64,000 nt of DNA, from contig CAVNZM010000006.1 of NCBI GenBank assembly GCA_963693365.1, positions 11,473,355 to 11,537,354 on the forward strand, read 5' to 3'. The position numbers and the translations under genes are program-made. Below the pieces are notes generated by a model, which made no database searches, was not told where the DNA came from, and saw nothing but the letters and a program-made list of their open reading frames with translations. The DNA is from Amoebidium appalachense (Eukaryota; Protista; Ichthyosporea). Positions 22,511 through 41,711 of this stretch are shown piece by piece. Numbering within the stretch: position 1 is the stretch's first letter; every line of letters starts with the position of its first letter.

Positions 22511-25115
22511 CTACTCGTCAAAGAACACGTAAACCCACAGGGGCGCCGTGTTCCACCCGTCCATGCCCACGGCCAGCCTGCCGTTGCCGTCCCAGCCCTC
22601 GACCTGCAGGTCCACACTGGCCCTCTCCCCCGGCAGCAATGTGAGGAAGTTGCTGCTGTACCATACGGGGTGCACACTGTGCGCCCGGTGGGGGCTGGGC
22701 ATGGCCCCGGCCACCCAGTCGTATGCCATGACACTGAGCCGCACCATGAATGCAATGCCTGGGCCCCTGTTGTGCAGCACCAGACCTACCTGGGTGCCCC
22801 CCTCCACGGTCTGGCCCGTGGCCTTGGCCGTCAGCTGCACTGGCCTTGTGGCCCTGATGGCCGCCATGCTGCTGAGGTCCTGCGTGGGTGCTGCTGGGTT
22901 GGTCTGCCAGTAGATGTTGCGGTTGAGGGGGGCGGCCTGGACCTTGCCATATAAGGCAAGCACCACCAGCACCACCGTGCTGTTGTCCCCCGCCAGCTCA
23001 CTGGGCCAGGCCACGGCCCTCACATCCCTGCACACGCTCGAAGGCCCCACAGCGCCCACGGGCAGCCGTGCCGTGTGCAGGAGGGTGGCCGAGGCCAAGG
23101 CATAGACAGACACATTCACATGGCCCCCCGTAAAGGCCGTGCTCGCCCGGTTGACCACCGTGACTGTCTGTGTGCGCACATTCATCTGCACGTGCAGCAG
23201 ATCGTGCAGGGCAGCCCTCACCCCCCACAGCCCCCCCGTGTACTCCAGCCAGGGGTCGTACAAACCCCCGCGCAGGGCCGGCCATGGGGACTGAGTCTTC
23301 CACATGGCCACGGCCGTGTACCAGCGCCACATGCCGTCCAGGTAGCCCTCAAACAGGCCCCTGTACTGCGCATACTGCACCAGCTGCGCCCGCACACAGT
23401 ACTCCTCGATGCTTGCTGGTGGCCCGTAGGCGTAGATGTGGTCGTAGCCGTCAGCCGCATAGGCAATGTACTTGTGGTACACCCACAGCGGGTGCGCCTG
23501 TGTGTCGTTGGCCTGTGGGGGGGGCAGGCTGGCCAGGGTGGCGGGGGACAGGAACTTGCGCATGGACTCGACCACAGGCGTGCTGACGCTGCCCAGCTCG
23601 GGATTGAACCCCACAGCCAGGCTGTCGGCGCGTGTCTTGTTCCAAAAGTGCAGCCCGGGGTTGCGGGTGAAGAACTCTGCAGGGGGCAGGATGCCGTATG
23701 GACCGTCTTTGGGGGCCAGGGAGTCCCTTGGATCCCAGTCCGTGTAGTTGCCCATGGACGATGCTATGAAGAATGCCCCGGGCACATGGTCCCGCACGGC
23801 CGCCTGCAGCCGCAGCAGCACGTCGGGGGGTGGGCTCTTGCCTGCCGGGTGCAGCTCGTTGCCGCCGCACCAGAACAGCAGCGAGGGGTGGCGGCGCAGC
23901 ATGCGCAGGGTGTCAGCTGCACAGCGCACGAACAGGTCGTGGTTGTGCGGCCACTGGCTGTGCCCAGCCCAGCGCCCGTTGTTGTCCCCCGTCATCCAGA
24001 ACTCCTGCAGCCCCCAGCACACAGCAGCGGGTGAGTTAGGCATCGTGAGTAGCCCCTTACCTCCCCCCCCCCCCCCCCCCCTCCCTCGCACCCTCCCCTT
24101 CCCCCCATCACTCGCACACATTGAACACAGCCTCAACCCACCCACCTACTGCAAGCCAAGAGGCAACCCATCGACCAAATGCAGACCCAGTCAGCGCCCG
24201 CGTGGATAGCCACCCACTGCCAACCTTCACCTAGGACACAGCCCCCCCCCCCCCCCCCCCTGTGCCTGCTCCGTTCCCCGTGTAGAGGCGCAAACACCAA
24301 AACAACAGACACCATTTCATCGGTTTCAGGACTGTTGTCGATTGGGAAAAGGAGAATGGGGTTCATGAGGAACGGGTAGGAAGGGAGGAGGAGGAGGGGG
24401 AAGGGGGGGGGAGGGGGGGGGGGGGGGGGGGGTTATAACCGTACTCAAACGGACATAGTGGTGTTTGAAAAGTTTGTTCTTGTTACAGGGTGATGAGCAT
24501 GAACAAAGCAAGGGTTTTTTTTTTTCTTTTCTTTTCCCTGAAACCTGGAAGGGAGGGGGGGGGGGGGGGATATATGATATATATTGCGGATGGGCTGTGC
24601 ACTGAAGATGTGTCCGTGCACGTGCAGGGCCCCAGGGCACCCACCTGCATGACCAGCATGCCCAGGCGGTCACAGGCCTCATAGAACTCGGGCCGCTCAG
24701 CCAGGCCACCCCCCCACACTCGAATCAGGTTCAGCCCGGCCTCCCTGTGCATGCGCACCTCGTGGAAGTAGCGCTGAGCACTGGCCGTGTGGCGCAGAAA
24801 CTGGTCCGTGGCAATCCAGTTGCCGCCCACAAGGAACACAGCCACCCCGTTGACCTCAAACACCCGCCCCTGCGTGCTCTCATCCACCCACGTGCGCACT
24901 GTGCGCAGACCGGCTCTGAAATGCATGCGGTGGGTCACAGCCCCTCCCTTGCGCTCAAAGTGCACATCTACGGGGTAGGTGGTGGGGGTGCCGTGGGTGT
25001 GTGGCCACCATAAGTCCACCCCAATGACGTCATGGGTGCCCAGGTCCACAGTGAGTTGTTCGTTGGCTCGCACGGTGACCTCCTTACTGATGTTGAGGAG
25101 CGCACCTAGGGTGAG

Positions 25116-25188
<73 letters not shown>

Positions 25189-25237
25189 AGTGGGTGTGTA
25201 GTTACTTTCGGTTTTTTTTGCGGGCAAGAGGGATGAA

Positions 25238-25269
<32 letters not shown>

Positions 25270-26329
25270 TGGATACGGGTTACGAGCATGTCCGACTGAC
25301 AGGAGAGAACAAAGCATTTGTGGTTTATAGAGAAAGGGTGGGGGATTGGGAAGGGTGTTGGAGGAGGGGGGAGGGGGAAAGGGAGGTAAACCTTTGGGAT
25401 TGGTAGTTCAAGTGTATGTGTGTGTGTGTGGTGGTCGTGGGGGGAGGGGGGAGGGGGGAGGGGGGGAACAAAAAACGTGTTAATTACGTCAAGAGGGGGT
25501 GGGATGGAGAGGGCACGGGATTGGGGTGGGGGGGGGGAGGGGGGAGGGAGGGGGGGGGGGGGGGAGGGGGGGGAGGAGGGATGAGGGGGAGCCCAAAAGC
25601 AACGGAGCCCTGCCTTGGCACACCATCATACCTGTCGCCTTCACCGACTTGCTCTGAGTCGTCACCCCCTCCCCCCCCCCCCCCCCCCCCCCCCCTCCCC
25701 CCCCCCCCCAAAAAAAAAAAAAAAAAAAGAAAGAAAGAAAGAAAGAAAGAAACACACACACACACACACATACACACAGACACACATCATTCCACCCCAT
25801 CCCCAGCAGCATACTCGCTCTGATTGCAAAGATGGGGTACCGGTTCACAGACATGCAGTCTATGCAAGAACACAGGACTACTGACACCTCAACCCCTCCC
25901 CAATGCCCTTCTTTCCCTTGCACCCCACTACTGCTGCCGCCACGAGCAATTTTTTCTTTTAACCATGTAGTAACCCCCTCCCCCCCCCCCCCCGTCCCCT
26001 CCGCCCCCTTCTCCCCCCCTCCCAACTCCCCCCCCCCCCCCCCCCCCCCCCCCACAAAAAAAAAAAAAAAAAAAAAAAACACCACTAACACACCCCCCAA
26101 CACCCACACCCTCACATTCGTACACCAAACAAACAAGAAGACAAATAAGTTAAATAAATGAACAAACAAACAAACACACAAACAAACAAACAAACAAACA
26201 AACAAACAAACAAACACTACACAAATTGAATGATGAAACAATGCATCAGCAAACAAATGACATAAAAAAGTGGAAGCGAACAGAAAAACAAACTCAAAAT
26301 CCAACAAACGGCATGCACAGCCCGCGCCA

Positions 26330-26392
<63 letters not shown>

Positions 26393-27461
26393 AAACACAC
26401 CTCTTCACCTTTTCTTGCTGTTTCAGAACCAAAAATTACATTCTCCCTGTTATTGCTACGGCACAGTTTGCGTCTGTGCTGCCTAACAGCATCTGCTTGA
26501 CTCGCTATCCCCGTGTAAACCTTCAGTTCCTGCTCACCACCCACCCACCACACCCCCTTCTTCCCCCCAGCCACCAGCCCTCCAACCCACACACCTTAAC
26601 GTTGCCCGCCACCTCCTCGCCGCTACTTTGCAGGTCCACAAGTATGCGCACAGTTGCGGTTTTCTTTTTCGGGTCGGCCCGTATTGTCTGCACATACGGG
26701 TCGTGCACGGTTACGGCGCCGTTGGTCTCCAGCCACACGCGGTCCCACAGGCCCGTGTTCCTGTCGGGGGTGGCCTGGATCCAGTCCCAGCCGGCCGTGA
26801 ACTGCATCACAGCTGCGTTCTTTGCTATCTCGTGGTCCCCCCCCTGCCCGCTGTCGTTTCTGCCCGGGTAGGGCGGTGGCTCGACCAGGATGGCCACTCG
26901 TAGGGCCTGGCCGTGTTTCTGGGGCGGCAAGGGGAAGGTGTGGCGCAGAAACGAGCCCTGGCCCGTGCGGTCGCCCAGCACGGTGTGCAGGCGCTTGCCG
27001 TTGGCCCACACGTGCACGGTGTAGCTGGAGGCACGCAGGTGCAGCACCGTGTGCTGCGTGTCTGTGCTGCACGAGGGAAAGGCGGGCTGCAGGTCACGCA
27101 CAAACACAAACGTGTAGAAGGCCCGCCCCGCCTGCGATATGTCCGGTATGTGGCGCAGGTTGTCCTCCCAGAACGGGTCAGCATATGTGCCGTTGGCCAG
27201 CAGCGTGCCCAGCACCGTGCCCGGCACCACGGCGTCTATGCAGCTGCCGGGCAGCCCTGCCCCCGCCCTGCTCAGGTTGCGCGGGTGTGTGTCGGCAGCC
27301 AGCCGGCAGGCCCGCCAGCCTTCGTGCAGGGCGGTCCAGCACGGCCCGGCCAGAGCCTCTGTTTGCCCATTGCTGGCCGTGTTCTGCAGGTGCACACTGG
27401 CACAGGCACAGGTAACTAGCAAGGCCACTAGCACGGCCAAGCGGCCCAGCCCCCCGTACAT
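22511..27461 (-). CDS. secreted GH2 glycosidase, mannosylglycoprotein endo-beta-mannosidase-like, ~943 aa, 3 exons: 27461-26595, 25115-24645, 24004-22511
   Basis: Signal peptide (MYGGLGRLAVLVALLVTCACA), VPGTVL, QGGDHEI, GWDWI..DRNTGLW, GGNWI, NLIRVWGGG, QEFWMTGD, HPSL..WCGGNE (acid/base), FNPELGS (nucleophile), YHKYI, WKTQSPWPALRG. Confidence 0.92.
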
Positions 27462-28418
27462 GGCTGCTGCCGTGCAGGTCCAGAACATCGGGCCCTGGAC
27501 TGGACTAAAGTCGCCGTGGAGCGGGAAGAGGGTAATATAAGCGGCCCAGGCGTGCAAGAGCTTGGAGTGGAGCAAGAGAGGCTCCCTAACCGGCTTTCTG
27601 ACACCGGTGATCTACTGAAGTTGCAAACACCAGCACAAGTAGCGGCAGGCCTGGCTGGCACGCGCACACCCCCTAACTGACGGAGCACAATGACCAAGTC
27701 TCAGAAACGTTTTAGAACAGAGACAATTGGAGCTCTTTCTCGAGCGAACTGAAGCTTCCCAGCGATTCTCCTGGTCGCTCAAAACGTGGTCTACATATAC
27801 CTATACACTGAGATCTCCGCTGGTCTACCAAGAAACAAAAAACAAAAGAAACACAACAAACCAACAACAAAACAGCCAGACGTGAGCCGTGTGTTGTTTG
27901 TTGTCCTGCCAAACAAGGCAAGTCTGGCTAGCCATATATGGCCTATCTGATCGCTGTCTGGTGCTCATTGGCTAACCAAAAATGTCTAACCATTTTTGGC
28001 AACTCAAAAAGCACTCCGAGCAAGTTGAACTGTTGAAGTGTCCTCTGTCTCTGTCAGACTGTTCAGTGAACAAACGCAACCTCACGCGATCCAGCTCGCC
28101 AACCTTATGATATCTGGCAAGGTGGGAGCGCGTACGACACTTCAGTGACCGAGTTGCGGCTACTTCTTCAGTTGGCGGGTGGGCATGCACGCTGACAAGC
28201 ACCTGCTAGCTCTGCAGGCACATGGGGGCTGTTTCGCTGTGCCGCTCGGTTCCCACTTCGACCACTCAGTAGCTTCAGTCAGTGCTTCTACCGCACATCC
28301 TCTACGCCCAGAGTGCCTGTGATAGGCCTCTGAGCGAACAGAGCACCCAGCAGCCCCAACCTATCTACCGCGACTTTCAGACCCACACAGCGGCTCTTCT
28401 TCCCCCTTCTCTCCGAGG

Positions 28419-33914
<5,496 letters not shown>

Positions 33915-34557
33915 GCACGTGCTGCATGGCCACGTGTCTGCAAGGCATCCATGCGCACACGTGTGCTGTTGTGCACTTAAAAGGTGCACAAACTAAACAC
34001 AAATGCACAGGACATGTACCCACATGTATATATGCATACTATACGACACACAGCACCGACACAAGGATAAACTGTCAGGACACCGCCTTTTGTGATACTG
34101 AACATAGGTGCTGAGCCGCTAGATCGGAAGGGAATTATACCCTTTACTGCCGCCCACAGCTGTGGGTTTATAGATTCATGTATATATGGCCGATATGGCG
34201 TCTCGGTCGCCTACCATGTGGCTCCTACATATTGCACTAAGTTCAGGCGTCATATGTACACAGTGGTGCTGGTATAGACAGTGTATGATAAATTGCTTAG
34301 TGGCGTATATGTTGCGCGCTACCTAAATGGCTGCCTGTCCTGGTGAGATACAGATGTGTCCTTCCAATAAACAGGGAACACAAATTTCCAAATATGGAGT
34401 GCAAAATGACGATTCCAAACACAGAGGGAATAATACACCTATCTTGATATGTTCATATGTACACGTGCAGATTGCCTATATCAAGTGTGCTTTTACTAAG
34501 TTCCCACTTTATGTGCCTCCCAAACCTGTGTGTAGGTGCACGGTGGCCCAGACACAT

Positions 34558-36588
34558 CTAGCGCTGCAGCAGGGCCCGTGTGCCTTCTGGCAGACTGTCG
34601 GGCAGCTGCTGGCCGTCGATGGTCAGGTGGCTGAGGGCCATGCAGCCGGCCAGGCCGCTGAGGTCGGTGCCTGCCGGCAGGGCCAGGTGCAGCCGGGCCA
34701 GCAGCGGGCACAGGGCCAGGGGGGCCAGGTCGGCACTGGGGCCAGCCAGGTTCAGGGTCAGGGCCGTGAGAGCCTGAAGGGGGGCCAGGAGGCGTAGGCT
34801 GGGGGTGGCAAACAGCTGCAGACGGAGGGCACGCAGGGCCGTGCACGTGGCCAGGGCGGCCAGGCACGTGGCCCCCGTGTCCACCAGCTGCAGGGAGGTC
34901 AGCCCCGTGCAGGCCCCCACCGGCCCCAGGTCCTGCAGCCGTGTGCAGTAGCGCAGAGCCAAATCCCACAGGGTGGCCGCAGGGCCAGCCAGGCCGTCCA
35001 CACAAGCCAGGGCCGAGCAGCTCTCGACCGTCAGCGCGCTAAGCTGGCTGCAGCCGGCCAGGCCATCCAGGTGGGCCAGGCTGTGGCAGTCGGCCAGCAC
35101 CAGCCGCTGCAGGGCGCAGTGGGCCAACGCCTCCAGGCCCGCCACGGTGCTGTGCTCCACCCACAGCACGGCCAGCCCCCTGCAGCCCTGCAGCCCGGCC
35201 AGGTCGGGCCCCCGGTAGTGGCTCAGCTGCAGCTCGGTCAGCTGCGGGGCGCTGCCCAGCCGGGCCAGGCTCGGGCAGTTGCGCACGGCCACACACCGCA
35301 GGGCCGGCAGGTGGGCCACAAAGCCAAGGTCATGCAGCTGCCGGGCCCCGTCTATTTCCAGGCACACCAGGCTGGTGGCCAGGCCCGACGGGCCCACGGG
35401 CAGGGGGAACTGCAGGTGGTGGCAATGGGCCAGGGCCAAGCTGGCCAGGGCCGGACTGGCCCACACGGCGTCGGCATCCTGCAGCTGGCAGCACTCGGCC
35501 ACGGCCAGCTGGGTCAGGCCCGGGCTGGCGGCCAGGAAGGCCAGGGACGTGAGGCTGAAACAGCCCGTCAGCTGCACCCTGCGCAGCCCCGGGCTGGCCC
35601 CCAGGCCCCCCAGGCCCGTCAGCGCCGTGCAGTGCGCTATGTCGGCCTCCACCAGTCGGCTCAGCCCCGGCAGCTCCCGCAGTGCCCCGCAGCTGTGCAG
35701 CGTCAGCTCCGTGAGCGCCGGCAGCCGTGCCAGCACGTCAACGTCGGCCAGGCCTGGGCAGGCCGCCAGCTGCAGCCGCTGCAGCCGCTGCAGGCCAAGC
35801 AGCACGCCCAGGCCCCCGTCCAGCCCGGCGCCCGTCACGGCCAGGCCCGTCAGGCCCGTGCAGCCGGCCACACAGGCCAGGCCATCGACGCACTGGCCGG
35901 CCCCATAGACCAGCAGCAGGCTGCGCAGGGCCGGCAGGGGGGCCAGCGGGGGCAGAGCCGGGCTGCTGCTGACCACCTCGAGGGCCACGAGGGCCGTCAG
36001 GGCGGCCAGCGGGCCCAGGCCCGTGAAGGCCGGGTGGCTGCACCAGCGCACCTGCAGCCGCGTCAGCGTGGCCGCATGGGCCCCCACGGCGTCCGCCGAG
36101 GCCAGGCGGCCGCAGCACACGAGGCTGAGGTCGGCCAAGGGGGGGAAGTGCTGCAGGGCCTGCACGTCGCTGTAGGGCAGGTGGCTGAGCGTGGCCCCCA
36201 GCCACCGCACCCCCGGCAGCCAGTGCAGCAGGTCCAGCGCCGCCGCCAGCCGGTCCAGGTCGCCGCCCGTGACCACCAGCCGCAGCCGCACAAGCACCGG
36301 GGCCCAGGCTCGCCAGCCGCGCACCACCACGGCCCAGCGCCGGCTGCCCCGTGCCGGCACCAGCAGTGACGGCTGGGGGGCACGCTGGGGGTGGGTAGGG
36401 GCGGCCACAACCAGCGTCAGGGGGCCGGGCAGGGCCAGGGCTGTGCGCAGCAGCACGGCCCAGTGGCGTGCCACCAGGCTGGCCCGGGCGCGGTCGGCCA
36501 GGCTCAGGCGGGCCACCACTAGCCGCACGGCCACGTCTGGCAGCAGCAGCAGCGGGTTTCTGCCGGCCTCCTCGCGCTCAGCCATCAT
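34558..36588 (-). CDS. intronless F-box + leucine-rich-repeat protein (~676 aa)
   Basis: F-box LLLLPDVAVRLVVARLSLADRARASLVARHW followed by roughly 20 repeats of LxxLxLxxCxxLxxLxxL type. ATG ATG at 36588-36583 lies in the 707-aa ORF. Confidence 0.88.
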   Translation of the reverse strand: MMAEREEAGRNPLLLLPDVAVRLVVARLSLADRARASLVARHWAVLLRTALALPGPLTLVVAAPTHPQRAPQPSLLVPARGSRRWAVVVRGWRAWAPVLVRLRLVVTGGDLDRLAAALDLLHWLPGVRWLGATLSHLPYSDVQALQHFPPLADLSLVCCGRLASADAVGAHAATLTRLQVRWCSHPAFTGLGPLAALTALVALEVVSSSPALPPLAPLPALRSLLLVYGAGQCVDGLACVAGCTGLTGLAVTGAGLDGGLGVLLGLQRLQRLQLAACPGLADVDVLARLPALTELTLHSCGALRELPGLSRLVEADIAHCTALTGLGGLGASPGLRRVQLTGCFSLTSLAFLAASPGLTQLAVAECCQLQDADAVWASPALASLALAHCHHLQFPLPVGPSGLATSLVCLEIDGARQLHDLGFVAHLPALRCVAVRNCPSLARLGSAPQLTELQLSHYRGPDLAGLQGCRGLAVLWVEHSTVAGLEALAHCALQRLVLADCHSLAHLDGLAGCSQLSALTVESCSALACVDGLAGPAATLWDLALRYCTRLQDLGPVGACTGLTSLQLVDTGATCLAALATCTALRALRLQLFATPSLRLLAPLQALTALTLNLAGPSADLAPLALCPLLARLHLALPAGTDLSGLAGCMALSHLTIDGQQLPDSLPEGTRALLQR

Positions 36589-37076
36589 ACTGGACCCGCC
36601 AGCATGCCGGCCATGGCCACCCTGCCTGCTCTGCTGCCGCCTGGGCCACACTGCCACTGCGCGGTCAGTGGGCTGGGTCACGGCTCAGGCCGCAAGCAGT
36701 GAAGTTCGCTGTAGCCTCACCAAGAGCAACCCCACGCAGCAAAGGCGCCTGCTGCACCCAGCCCCTATATCCTGAGTCGTAAGGAACACGGTCCGCGAGA
36801 AAAAAACGTTCAACGGCACCTTCTAAAGGAAACCCCTTCACAGGCGTCCTGTCCGCGAGGGTGAATAAAAACCTTCCGAAACAGTCAAATTTAGCAAATG
36901 GCAAGTTTTCAAAGACTTTGAGCGCTGCGGAAGGGCGTTTAGCTGGTTTGAAGCTGACACCTACCACCTACTGAGGCGGTGTCTCCTTTCTTTTTTTTTT
37001 TTTTTTATTTATTTATTACTTAAGGTGCTCCTTAAAAGGGACTGAGTAGATGTTAAACGTCGCACGTGCGGCAACA

Positions 37077-37109
37077 CGTCAGTACGTGTTAGGCTGACAC
37101 GTACTGACG
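37077..37109. repeat. perfect 13-bp inverted repeat (hairpin/cruciform) upstream of the F-box gene
   Basis: CGTCAGTACGTGT-taggctg-ACACGTACTGACG. Confidence 0.85.
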
Positions 37110-38629
37110 GTGTCACGCGCCATCTCTGAGCTATCGGCTCGCCGACGGCGCCGATTTTTCCTTCCTTTTTCGCAGCCCGCGCGGTCTTTTTTCTTCGCAG
37201 CCTTCCTTCTTCGAATTCGCAGCAGTCATTTCGCGTACACAGATAAGCGTTGTCATTACTAGCGAGACATTTCTGCTGAGGTAGGAAGGAAAATAAGGCA
37301 CCACCTCAGCTACGTAGGTGGTAGGGTTGTACGGCTCACTGCCGCTGTCGACGTCTGACTGCAGCAGCTGATATCGATGACTTGAAGGCCGCCTGTTTCT
37401 GCCGTGACTCGACGGTGGCTGCAGGCGCCTGGCCGTACAAAATTAACACCCGTGCACCGCACAACACCAGCTTCTAATACTACGTCACGAGGCTCCGCAC
37501 GTATCCATCCCAACTCAATATATCCCCCCCCCCCCCCCCCCCCCCCCCCCCCACCCCCCCCACCCCGCCCTCTCCTGGGACTGCCGAATGAGTCGCTGCA
37601 GCATCACGTGGTAGTGATGCGACTGCAGTGCTCAGCATGATGCCGCCAGGACTGTCACCCTGTACGCTGATATGGGTGTGTGTGGATGTGCGGGTGACCG
37701 TTCATGGCTATGCCAACCAAGAGCCTCTTGCCGTCACGGCTGGCCACTGAAAACCATCCTATTAATTTTAAGTGGTCGACGCTTCCACCTCCTGGTCCCT
37801 GGCCGTTCCTACAAATTTAGGCCATGGGACGTGGCCCCAGCCACCGCAAAGTGCCTCACAGCCTAGGGCAAAAAAACCTTCCTTGCACCCACACGCAGCA
37901 CAACAGTGCCACCAGGAGTGTTGCCATATGGTGCAGCCCCTTATAGCCCTGTGTGTGTGTGTGCTCTCAACCACCACTATCTGCTTCAGTCCACCATATG
38001 GTGGTGTGCCACTGTGTGCTGAAAACACAGCACACTGTCCCCAGCAAACCCCAGAATAGATAACTGCGAGACTGAGTAAGTCAGGCCTTTGCTTCCACTG
38101 GCACACATTTGGTCACCTATTGCACTACTGGGCAGCAGCACCAATGGCATGATAGCTACCCAGAGGCCTGCTGGGCTGCAGCATATTAGCACCACAGCCA
38201 ATGGACAGTTCTCATTTCAGCAAGTCTGTATTCAGAGCACAGTCAGGAAGTCATACGTCACACAGGCACCTGCACGGCCAGCCGCCAGGAACTTGCTCAA
38301 ATCCTATATTACAGCCAATTTCTTCAATCAGGTTGACTAAGAAGTTAAATCTGGACAGCTAGGCCTATTATCTCAGTTCATTTTAAAAAGAAGTGTGACT
38401 TTCTTTCGATACGCACTTTACCTTATTATGGCTACGAATTCTAAGTAACGGGCGTACAAACTCAGGTGTCCATTCATGGATAGCCGTGGTTGTCAATCAG
38501 ACATACGCCACTATTCGGATTGGTGAACGTTTTTGCCCATCATAGACAATTATTACTGCCACAAACATACGTTCAAAGTCTATCTACATTCATGCCGTGT
38601 ACACGTGTGTTACGTGGCTCACAGTGCTG

Positions 38630-39367
<738 letters not shown>

Positions 39368-40753
39368 CTATGTCCACGATACATGGACCTACTATAATAC
39401 GGCTTGTGCGAGCAAAAACAGGAATAGGTGCACGTTCACTGTGATGGACAGAGGCCAAAACGACGCCCCAGAAACTGCGTGGGTGTGGGTCGTTGTCACC
39501 GCCCGGCAGCACACAGCTCTACACAGACCGACTTCCATTGGTTACTGCTTTGATGTGGAGGATACTACTTGTCGGCAAACAAATATCTGGTTTGTGATTC
39601 AGTTACAATCACGTCTGCGGACTACCGAGAGGCGATTGATTGGTTGGCACTGGCAAAGAATGATAGACCAATCAAAATAAGGTATTTATAAGTAACGCGC
39701 ACTGGCTTTCACGAGGCCAATCCCTACTTTCGCAGGCAGTCGTGCGCAGTGCTGCGCACAGACTCTAGAGTTTCTAATATCAGAGTCCTCCCTTCAATGA
39801 TTCAATCGGGAGGTCATCTGTAACTTATTGTGGCTTCAATTATTTATAAGCTGCTATATTTTGTAGAAAAATCTCGTTGTGCAAGATACGCAGAACGCAA
39901 CCAACACAATGTCACCCACAACCTTGGTCGAAAATTTAAATTAAATGATCTTTGTAGGTCTTCGCCGGGGTGCAACAGTTCAGATCTAGTCCGGACTTCC
40001 AAGTTCCGGCTTGACGTGATGATAAAGAAACCAATCATCTTCATTCAGTGAAAGTAACAGTGTTACACTGTAACAGTTAGTTCAAGTATTAGCAAACTTA
40101 CACGGCAAAATTTTTTGCAGACAGACACAGCAGCGTTCATGACTATGCTTCGACAAGCCCAAGATTGTAAGTGTAGGTTGGTAAAGACCTCAGTTTCTTT
40201 CCTACCCACAGTCGGACCTGGTCACGTTTCCAAGTGATCACTGGAATGAATGGAATGTGCGCGGGAATGCCCGGGCCGTGGCCGCCTACCAGGAGGCGGC
40301 CGGCGGGCCTCAAAAAGGCTATGTCTACATTTCTGTCACCATTGTTGAGCTACGTGCTTGAATCCTTGAAATTCTAATGCTACACACTATTATCATTATC
40401 AGGTGTAAAGGTATATGCCATTAGTCACATCCATGCCCATATGTTGCTCACGTTTCCAGATCATGGAAGGCTTAAGCCAACTTGATTCAATTGCCGACGA
40501 ATCATCGCAGGTCTCACGCTAGCCAATAGCAGCAGGGTGGGTCTGGGGGGATCCTGTGCCTGTGTCGTCATGGTCACCCTGGAAGTTGAACTTGCCGGGG
40601 CTGTGTGACAAACAGGGGTGACCGCGCACACGGACAACCGAGGCCCTGGATGGGTGGTGACACTGTGCCTGGTGTGTTCAAGTTGCCACGGTAGCACAGC
40701 TGTGTGTGCGCACTGTGCCCGCACCTCAGTTGGGGCAGCAGGCAGCCGGGGGC

Positions 40754-41054
40754 ATGCCGTCACTGCGGCTGGTGCCGGCACAGAGTGCGCAGGAGAGCTG
40801 GGACGAGGCCATAGCACTGCTCAATGCCCACTGGCCGCGCAGCGCCACTGCACGGTAGCTCCTGTGCCCTGGCTGCTGTCACCCTCTCCTCCTCTACCCG
40901 CCCACCCTCCCTCGCTCCCCCCTACACCTACGAACACACACCGTCACACACACGCACACAGGCAAAAAACAAAGAAGAAAAAAATTACACACGGACACTG
41001 AATAGCACAAGCGCGCGGCACACAGACACACCCTCTCTCTCTCCACCTCATTCC

Positions 41055-41097
<43 letters not shown>

Positions 41098-41179
41098 TCC
41101 CTCCAACTCTCTCCCCCTCTCCCTCTCCCCCTCTCTCTCTTCCCCTCTCTCTCTACCTCTCTCTCTCCCTCTCTCTCTC

Positions 41180-41214
<35 letters not shown>

Positions 41215-41250
41215 ACTCGGTGACTCTTTCTCTCGGTCTCTCTCCCTCTG

Positions 41251-41294
<44 letters not shown>

Positions 41295-41677
41295 CCTCCC
41301 TCTCCCTCTCCCTCTCTCTCTTTCTCTTCTCTCCCTCTCTCATTTCGCTCCCTGCCTCTAACCCTCCCCCCCCCCCCCCCCCCCCCTTCTCCCCAAAGCT
41401 CTACACAACCAATTTTCTCTTTCCATAAGTTAGCTGTTTGTCTTGTCTTTGTGTCTTCCTGGCTTCATCCTTTCGCTGCGCCCCCTCCCTCCCCTCCCCC
41501 CCTCCCCCCCCCCCCTCCCTCCCCCCTTTCCCTCCCCCCGCTCTCTCCCTCCCCCGGTGACCATCGGGGTCACGATCACCCTCTCCACTGTGATACCCCT
41601 TCCGACAACCCCCCGTACCTGCTCTCTGCCCCTGCCACCATTTTTGGCCTTGCCTGTTGGCCTCAGGGAAACCCCCC

Positions 41678-41711
<34 letters not shown>

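Noticed and set aside
35071-36369. 432-aa plus-strand ORF and similar antisense ORFs over GH2
   Set aside because: Shadows of GC-rich minus-strand coding sequence.
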